DNA of 64,000 bases from an uncultured Victivallales bacterium (GTDB lineage Bacteria > Verrucomicrobiota > Kiritimatiellia > UBA8416 > JAIOPI01): positions 12,404 through 76,403 of the forward strand of contig CAZWQJ010000001.1 of NCBI GenBank assembly GCA_964635825.1. Direction: 5' to 3'. The translations under genes and the position numbers were made by a program. Numbering within the stretch: position 1 is the stretch's first letter; every line of letters starts with the position of its first letter. The notes beneath the pieces are model-generated. The model worked only from the letters and a program-made list of their open reading frames with translations. It ran no database searches and had not been told where the DNA came from. Below, one piece after another: positions 59,931 through 64,000 of this stretch.

Positions 59931-62790
59931 GGAATGCGACCACCGCGCCACCGCTATCCTTGACCGTCGGATCCGTCACCGGGTTGGACGAACTGCCGGC
60001 GCCCGAGAACGTCAGGTTCTTCGACCCGGCATAGGCCGGATCCGTGTTGCCATAGGGATCTTTCGCCGTGATCGTCAGGTTCTGGCCAACCCCGGCCGTT
60101 TGCGTGCCGCTGCCCGTGATCGCCAGTTTGACCGCCGTCGCCGGGCCGACCGTCAGGCTCAGCCCCGAGGCGCCCGTGCCGCTGGAACTCGATTTACCGC
60201 CGTTGTCCGTCAGATGCACCGTGACCGGCCCTTCCGCCTTCTTCGGCACCAACGCCCCGCCGGCCGTGCACACGCCATCCAGGAACGTGAGCGTCTCCAC
60301 CGTGCCGAAATTCTGCGCCGCCCCGTTCTTGTCCGTCACGGTCGGATGGCTCCCGTCCGGTGAATCCGCCAGCCCGCTGAAGGTGACGTTCACGTCGCCG
60401 TCGTAATCCATCGTGTTGCCATCGCCACTCAGCGCGGTGATGGTCAGGCTCTGGCTGGCGCCCGCGGTCTGCGTGGCGCTGCCCTCGATCTTGTAGGCGC
60501 TCGGACCGGTACTGACCGTCAGGTTCACGGACCCACCGCTGACCGCGATGATCGCGGTCCCGCCGGCGGCGATCCCCGATCCCGTCACATTCACCGTGTA
60601 CGACGGCGACCCCGCCTGGTTGATCGTCCCGCCCGCCACCTCGATCAGCCGGTACGTCCCACTGCCCAGCGGCGTGCCGCCCGCGTTGTTGACCGTAAAG
60701 GCGTTGTTGTTCAGCGTAAGCGCACCCTGCGAGATGCAGAGCGAGGGATGCGTGGTGTCGCCGCTGAACCCGGTCGGCGTGAACTTCAGGTTGACCGGCC
60801 GGCTGCCCAGGCTGACGGTCGTGTTCCCTTTGATCGTCGCGGCGGTGGTCCCGGCGCTGGTGCCGGTGCCTCGCGCGTCCAGCGTGGCGCTGGTTCCAAG
60901 CGTGTAAGTGGCCGCCGCTGCGGACACATCCAGGGTGCCGCCCGCCTCAATTCGGACATCCGACCCCGCCGGCAGCGCGCAGCTCGCGCCCGAGAGCGCC
61001 AGCGTCCCGGAACTCAGCGTCGTCGTCCCGCTGTAGGCCTCGGTCCCGTTATAGCTCAGTGTCAGCGTCCCGCTGCCCAGCTTCGTCAGCCCACCGGACT
61101 GAGTGGACGTCAGTTGGGTGGCGAACGTAATGCTCTCGCCCGCCGTGTCGATCTTGATGGCACTCGCGCTGGTGCCCGAGGCAATCCGCGATGACGGATC
61201 CCACGCCGCGCTGGCCGCACTGAACTGCAGCGTGCCGCCTCCGAACACGATATTGCCGCTCGCGCCTAGGGGGCCATCGGTCGTGCCGTTCTGCGCCCGT
61301 CCCGCATTGAGCACCCCATCATTGATCGTCGTGCCGCCCGTGTACGTACTCGCGCCGGACAGCGTCCATGTGCCGCTGCCGGACTTGATCACCGCGGTCT
61401 TGTTGCCGCTGGAGTTGTTGACAATCGCCGCGTTGATCTCGCCCGTGCCCGCCGTCGAGCCCTTCAGCGTCAAATCCTTGCTCCCGGCGCCCCCCGCCGT
61501 AAACGCGCTCGTGAATTTCAGCAGCCCCGAGCCGGACTGATCCAGCGTCGCGCTTCCGCTCGTGCCCGCCAGGTTGATCACCCGGTCGCTCGTCTCGCCC
61601 GCCCCCGTGTACACCAGCGTCCCCGCCGTCGTGGAGTTGCCGAGCGCAATCGTGCCGTTCCCAGAGGTGGTTGGCTTCCCAAGACTGCTGCTGGTGTTGG
61701 GACTAAGGCTGCCGCTGGTGATGTAGTTCAGCGACGCCACGCTCAGCGTGCCCTCGTTGACCTTCGTGGGCCCGGTGTAAACGTTGGCGCCCGACAAGGT
61801 CCACGTGCCGCTGCCGCTCTTGGTGATGCCGCTGCCGGAGGACCCGGCGCCGATCGCACCGCTGATTTCGCCATACCCCGTGCCGGTTAGGGCGATGTGT
61901 ATCGTGTTGCCGTACGAGTAGGAAACCGCGCCCGTGAACTTCAGCGGCGAACCGGATGTCGTGGTGCCCGATGCCTCAATGCCGGCGGCGGCCGCACTCA
62001 GATATCCCCCGATCTTCAGCAGCCGGTCGCTCGTTTCCCCCGCACCGGTGTACTTCAGAAGGCCTGCCGCCGTCCCGCCGGAGGAACCAATGTTGATCGT
62101 CCCATTTGCCGAACTCGTCGGGTGACCAAGGTTGCTGCTCGCACTCCCACTCACGCTGTTGACCGTAGTCACGCTCAGCGTCGCCGCGCTCGACAGGGAT
62201 GTGCCGCCGGAGACCGTCACCGGTCCGTCAAACGTGTTCGCGCCGGACATGACCGTCGTTGCGCTGGACCCACCTACCGTCACGCCCCGCCCCGACGTCC
62301 CCCCGTCGCTGATCGTCCCCCCCAACGTCAGCGTCCCGCTGCTGACCGTGAACGTCCGCGTCGCCGACAGGATCATGTCGACGTTGATGTTCTCCGCCGT
62401 GATTCCCGTGCCGACGGTGATGTTGCCGCCGAGCGTGATGCGGTTGCCGGAGATCGTGTACGAGGCGGCGCTGTTGTTGAACGCGATGGCCGTGGCGCTC
62501 GCTAAGTTGATGTCGGCGGTCAGGTTGTTGTTGAGGCTGGTCCCGCTCGAGCCGGCCGCGCCGAAAACCAGGTTGTCGCCACCCACCGGCGCCGTGCCGC
62601 CCCAGTTGGCGCCGGTGTTCCAGTTGACATCGTTGTTGCCGCTCCAGGTCTTGGCGGCCGCCAGCGCCTCGCCCGCCGTCAGTAGCGGCAGCGCCACCAG
62701 CAGGGCCAGCACCAAAACGCCACCCCTCGACCGCATGACCGGACACCGTGCCGCGTCATGGGCCTTGACCCAATCGTTGCGTGCTTGCAT
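57115..62790 (-). CDS. N-terminal 1891 codons of a giant PATR surface-protein gene, terminated by an in-frame TAG at 57115-57117.
   Basis: Signal peptide MRSRGGVLVLALLVALPLLTAGEALAAAKTWSGNNDVNWNTGANW. An alternative ATG at 62736 is likely the true start. PATR repeats throughout. The last ~940 aa form repeat unit 1 of the 2.9-kb tandem repeat. Confidence 0.75.
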   Translation of the reverse strand: MQARNDWVKAHDAARCPVMRSRGGVLVLALLVALPLLTAGEALAAAKTWSGNNDVNWNTGANWGGTAPVGGDNLVFGAAGSSGTSLNNNLTADINLASATAIAFNNSAASYTISGNRITLGGNITVGTGITAENINVDMILSATRTFTVSSGTLTLGGTISDGGTSGRGVTVGGSSATTVMSGANTFDGPVTVSGGTSLSSAATLSVTTVNSVSGSASSNLGHPTSSANGTINIGSSGGTAAGLLKYTGAGETSDRLLKIGGYLSAAAAGIEASGTTTSGSPLKFTGAVSYSYGNTIHIALTGTGYGEISGAIGAGSSGSGITKSGSGTWTLSGANVYTGPTKVNEGTLSVASLNYITSGSLSPNTSSSLGKPTTSGNGTIALGNSTTAGTLVYTGAGETSDRVINLAGTSGSATLDQSGSGLLKFTSAFTAGGAGSKDLTLKGSTAGTGEINAAIVNNSSGNKTAVIKSGSGTWTLSGASTYTGGTTINDGVLNAGRAQNGTTDGPLGASGNIVFGGGTLQFSAASAAWDPSSRIASGTSASAIKIDTAGESITFATQLTSTQSGGLTKLGSGTLTLSYNGTEAYSGTTTLSSGTLALSGASCALPAGSDVRIEAGGTLDVSAAAATYTLGTSATLDARGTGTSAGTTAATIKGNTTVSLGSRPVNLKFTPTGFSGDTTHPSLCISQGALTLNNNAFTVNNAGGTPLGSGTYRLIEVAGGTINQAGSPSYTVNVTGSGIAAGGTAIIAVSGGSVNLTVSTGPSAYKIEGSATQTAGASQSLTITALSGDGNTMDYDGDVNVTFSGLADSPDGSHPTVTDKNGAAQNFGTVETLTFLDGVCTAGGALVPKKAEGPVTVHLTDNGGKSSSSGTGASGLSLTVGPATAVKLAITGSGTQTAGVGQNLTITAKDPYGNTDPAYAGSKNLTFSGAGSSSNPVTDPTVKDSGGAVVAFQTATPITFGSGVATVSSGNNGVMTLYKAESATISVSDGSISSSGSDRLSVTVSATTAAAIAYTSGNNQSGSLSAALASPFVVTVTDGYGNPVSGTTVTFAIGAVPGGASGQGLSATGPTTAGSGQASSTLTLGNVAGTYTVTATAAGLSGSPVTFTAAAVPASNNGTWTQSTSGGNWGTPGNWSGGMVAYGSTRTANFSTLDLTGDNTVHLDFPLTINSVAFGDTATGTAAGWTLDDNGNAANIITLAGTTPTITVGGLGGTKAVTVNAAVGGAAGLTKAGAGTLVLAGANTFSGAAAVNAGTLRLDYTGQNNAKLASGSALTLTRATLDLSGGSHTEAVNGVTVSGGACAVTRTGGGSVLRLNALTESGYATVDVGAAGIADSDTANNAYNILGGWATVAGADWAVTASSAGDTPVTALATYYPSSSGGDTAANYNNKNADIVSSQTIGAAHPNTLRFNSAGAYTLTLTGTCTLGAGDAAVVGGILVTPAVGNYLSKIAGATLSAGYQRAVYLQQWNTANVLEIESALDNAQHHYVKTGPGTVVLSGGAPSGYDYYNGFWINQGAILFNAGSYYNGPLTVRDGGTLGGSGTYMDDVTVNAGGTMQPSLAGASATLTLASSTSPSFGAYATLKIRAPASTPDKVVLSNSGATFACGNVDLVIDTTGLSSGCTGATIVDASAHGSGGVGGTFHTMTVIGTYQATLHYNTAAGTITLDLAGAAEAAHSTLSPATATKAADGTITQVVTVQARDADGNPRSSGGDTVVFDATAGSMGATTDHGDGTYTATWTAPSSVGAGSATVTATLGGTAVGTAVGADECVITLVPAVDHFDIDAIASPQTAGTPIAITITAKNASNATVTDYTGLTVVFGGDAGVTGTSPLFLAGVCNASVTPTVAGMSLHVTVSDGATPVEHTGSVTIGLIRPGPVSQFTIAPNPVA

Positions 62791-62908
62791 GCACCCCTCC
62801 CGACAGGCTACCCCGGCTTGCCGCTACGACCGCTTGCGCAGATTCCCCCGAATCCTCATGCGCCCCCAATACATCATCGGAATGGTACCGGAGCGTGTCC
62901 AGACCTCG

Positions 62909-62931
62909 CAAAACTATCACTTTGGTATCAT
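62909..62931 (-). promoter_or_regulatory. Conserved upstream element, copy 4: CAAAACTATCACTTTGGTATCAT.
   Basis: Lies in the divergent intergenic region between the giant PATR gene (start 62790/62736) and the GntR-type regulator gene (start 62986). Confidence 0.6.
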
Positions 62932-62985
62932 GACGCGCTTCCCACCCTTGCAAAATGCGCGCATGGGTCGCATGCTGCTGGCCGC

Positions 62986-64000
62986 ATGAGCATGATTCGC
63001 ACGCCGCACGCCCTGCCGCCGCTGGCGCCGCACGCCGCGGAGTTCCTGCGCCTGGCGCAGACCCGCACCCAGACCGCCGCGCTGCTTGACCTTCTGCGCC
63101 GCATCGCCCGTGACGCCCGCCGCGGCGACCGCCAGCGCTTCTACCCCGCCCGCGCCGTGGGCGACGCCTTCCGCGTTCCCCTGCCAACCGTGCTCCGCGT
63201 CTTTGCCGAACTGGAGAAGGAGGGCATCCTGCTGCGCGTCCGCGGGTCCGGCACCCTGCTCCAGCCGCGCCAGGCCAAACCATCCGCCTCCGTCCGCGGC
63301 GTCGTCGGGCTGCCCCTCTGGCAATACGGCTACTGCAACCTCACAGATTGGCGCCTCTTCGTGGCGGCCCTCTCGGACGCCCTGCGCCATCGCGGCTACG
63401 TCGCGGACCTCATCTTCTTCCAGTCCGGCGAACAGCCCCGCCTGCTGGATCAGTTGATGGCGCACCACCTCGACTGGATCGTCTGGTTCAAACCGCGGCA
63501 GGAGCACAGTATGATCGCGCAGATGCTAGCCGATCGCGGCGTGCACACCGCGGTCGTCATGCAGCGCTACGTCAACCTCTCCCTCCCCTCCTACCATCTG
63601 CGCTTCGATAACGCCATCCGCCGCGCCTTCGCGGCCTGGCGGCGCGACGGAATCCGCTCGGTCGTCGTCGCCCAACCCTGGCCCCTGGATCCGGACTCCG
63701 AGTGGCCGAGCTGGCTGCGCTGGCGCCTGAAGGAGGCGCGCATGGACTGCCATTTCGAGTTCCTGCCCGACTGGCAGCACTTCCCGACACTCTGCGCGCA
63801 CCTTACACGCCGCGCGACCAGCGGCATCTGGCTACCGGATGACTGGTTTGGCGGCTTTGCCTCTGAGGACCACGCCAGGCGCATGGCGAACCTCCTCCAG
63901 CGCAAGCGGGTGCTCATCGGGGGGCGCCTTGAAATGCCCGCCGTCTACCTGGCGGGCTGCCGGATCGATGCCACGGTCCAGGACTGGCCGGCGATCACGT
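62986..64000 (+). CDS. GntR-family HTH transcriptional regulator fused to a LacI/periplasmic-binding-protein-type sugar-binding domain (AraR-like architecture). Partial, runs off the window end.
   Basis: Starts MSMIRTPHALPPLAP at 62986. GntR wHTH block FYPARAVGDAFRVPLPTVLRVFAELEKEGILLRVRGSGTLL. A PBP-like C-terminal region follows. Open to nt 64000 without a stop. It is divergent from the giant PATR gene, and the shared intergenic region holds a copy of the conserved element. Confidence 0.8.
   Translation, partial: MSMIRTPHALPPLAPHAAEFLRLAQTRTQTAALLDLLRRIARDARRGDRQRFYPARAVGDAFRVPLPTVLRVFAELEKEGILLRVRGSGTLLQPRQAKPSASVRGVVGLPLWQYGYCNLTDWRLFVAALSDALRHRGYVADLIFFQSGEQPRLLDQLMAHHLDWIVWFKPRQEHSMIAQMLADRGVHTAVVMQRYVNLSLPSYHLRFDNAIRRAFAAWRRDGIRSVVVAQPWPLDPDSEWPSWLRWRLKEARMDCHFEFLPDWQHFPTLCAHLTRRATSGIWLPDDWFGGFASEDHARRMANLLQRKRVLIGGRLEMPAVYLAGCRIDATVQDWPAIT

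Larger units (their letters stand above)
51319..62790 (-). pseudogene. Single ~11.5-kb giant PATR gene (about 3,823 codons) interrupted by one in-frame amber codon. It is a pseudogene, a stop-codon read-through candidate, or an assembly/sequencing error.
   Basis: ...TIGLIRPGPVSQFTIAPNPVA-TAG-ATAGTPFALTSITAKD... aligns to the internal copy ...TINPGPVSQFTIAPATVASATAGTPFALTSITAKD... The TAG occupies the position of a Ser codon. Confidence 0.5.

Noticed and set aside
14571-62931. Whether the five conserved ~28-bp elements are REP/BIME sequences serviced by the RAYT gene at 24204.
   Set aside because: The element consists of direct, not inverted, repeats and cannot form the REP hairpin with a 5' GT(A/G)G tetranucleotide. 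All copies are promoter-proximal and co-oriented with downstream genes, which fits an operator better.
1-64000. CRISPR arrays, rRNA, integrons and prophage or defense-system genes.
   Set aside because: No short regularly spaced direct repeats, no rRNA-like conserved stretches, no nuclease, ATPase or integrase-like ORFs were seen. The repeats present are long intragenic protein-coding tandem repeats.

Overview
This is a high-GC (roughly 68-70%) bacterial chromosomal segment. Gene content suggests a Verrucomicrobiota- or Planctomycetota-like organism: PATR 'autotransporter-associated beta-strand repeat' giants, an LTD-CotH protein and large secreted CAZyme-like proteins. Nearly all genes lie on the minus strand and are tightly packed, often with 4-nt ATGA overlaps.

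Gene order, reading the minus strand from high to low coordinate:
- A divergently encoded GntR-HTH/sugar-binding (AraR-like) regulator on the + strand, partial at the window end.
- A ~11.5-kb PATR surface-protein gene split into two ORFs by a single in-frame TAG. The stop sits exactly at a junction of three tandem ~2.9-kb repeat units.
- Three more PATR genes of 382, 573 and 2354 aa.
- A putatively cytoplasmic glycan-processing cluster: GH2 beta-galactosidase, SGNH-like hydrolase, beta-helix protein, CE4 deacetylase, SGNH esterase.
- Two more parallel beta-helix proteins and a 1340-aa PATR protein.
- A + strand RAYT (HuH Y1 transposase) fused to a DprA/SMF-like domain.
- A hypothetical protein, L-arabinose isomerase (araA), and a 2117-aa LTD(x5)-CotH-LamG giant.
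- Two tandem SASA (GQSNM) esterase giants.
- An operon encoding a beta-helix lipoprotein, a TPR lipoprotein, a sugar-binding protein and a fused MalF-MalG-type permease.

The non-obvious signals are:
1. A ~28-bp conserved element, CAAAAC-[T/G]ATCA[C/G]T[T/G]TGGTATCA[T/C], found five times and always upstream of minus-strand operon starts. Its architecture is Pho-box-like.
2. Two distinct short C-terminal modules shared by otherwise unrelated secreted proteins: an 'FYR' truncated FN3-like tail and a 'GLLMSVR' tail on PATR proteins. They look like sorting or anchoring signals.
3. The in-frame stop in the giant gene.
4. The RAYT-DprA fusion.
5. A perfect 20-bp long-range inverted repeat in a 5' leader.

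No rRNA, tRNA or CRISPR was found. Many long R/G/P-rich antisense ORFs in the track are high-GC shadow ORFs and were rejected.
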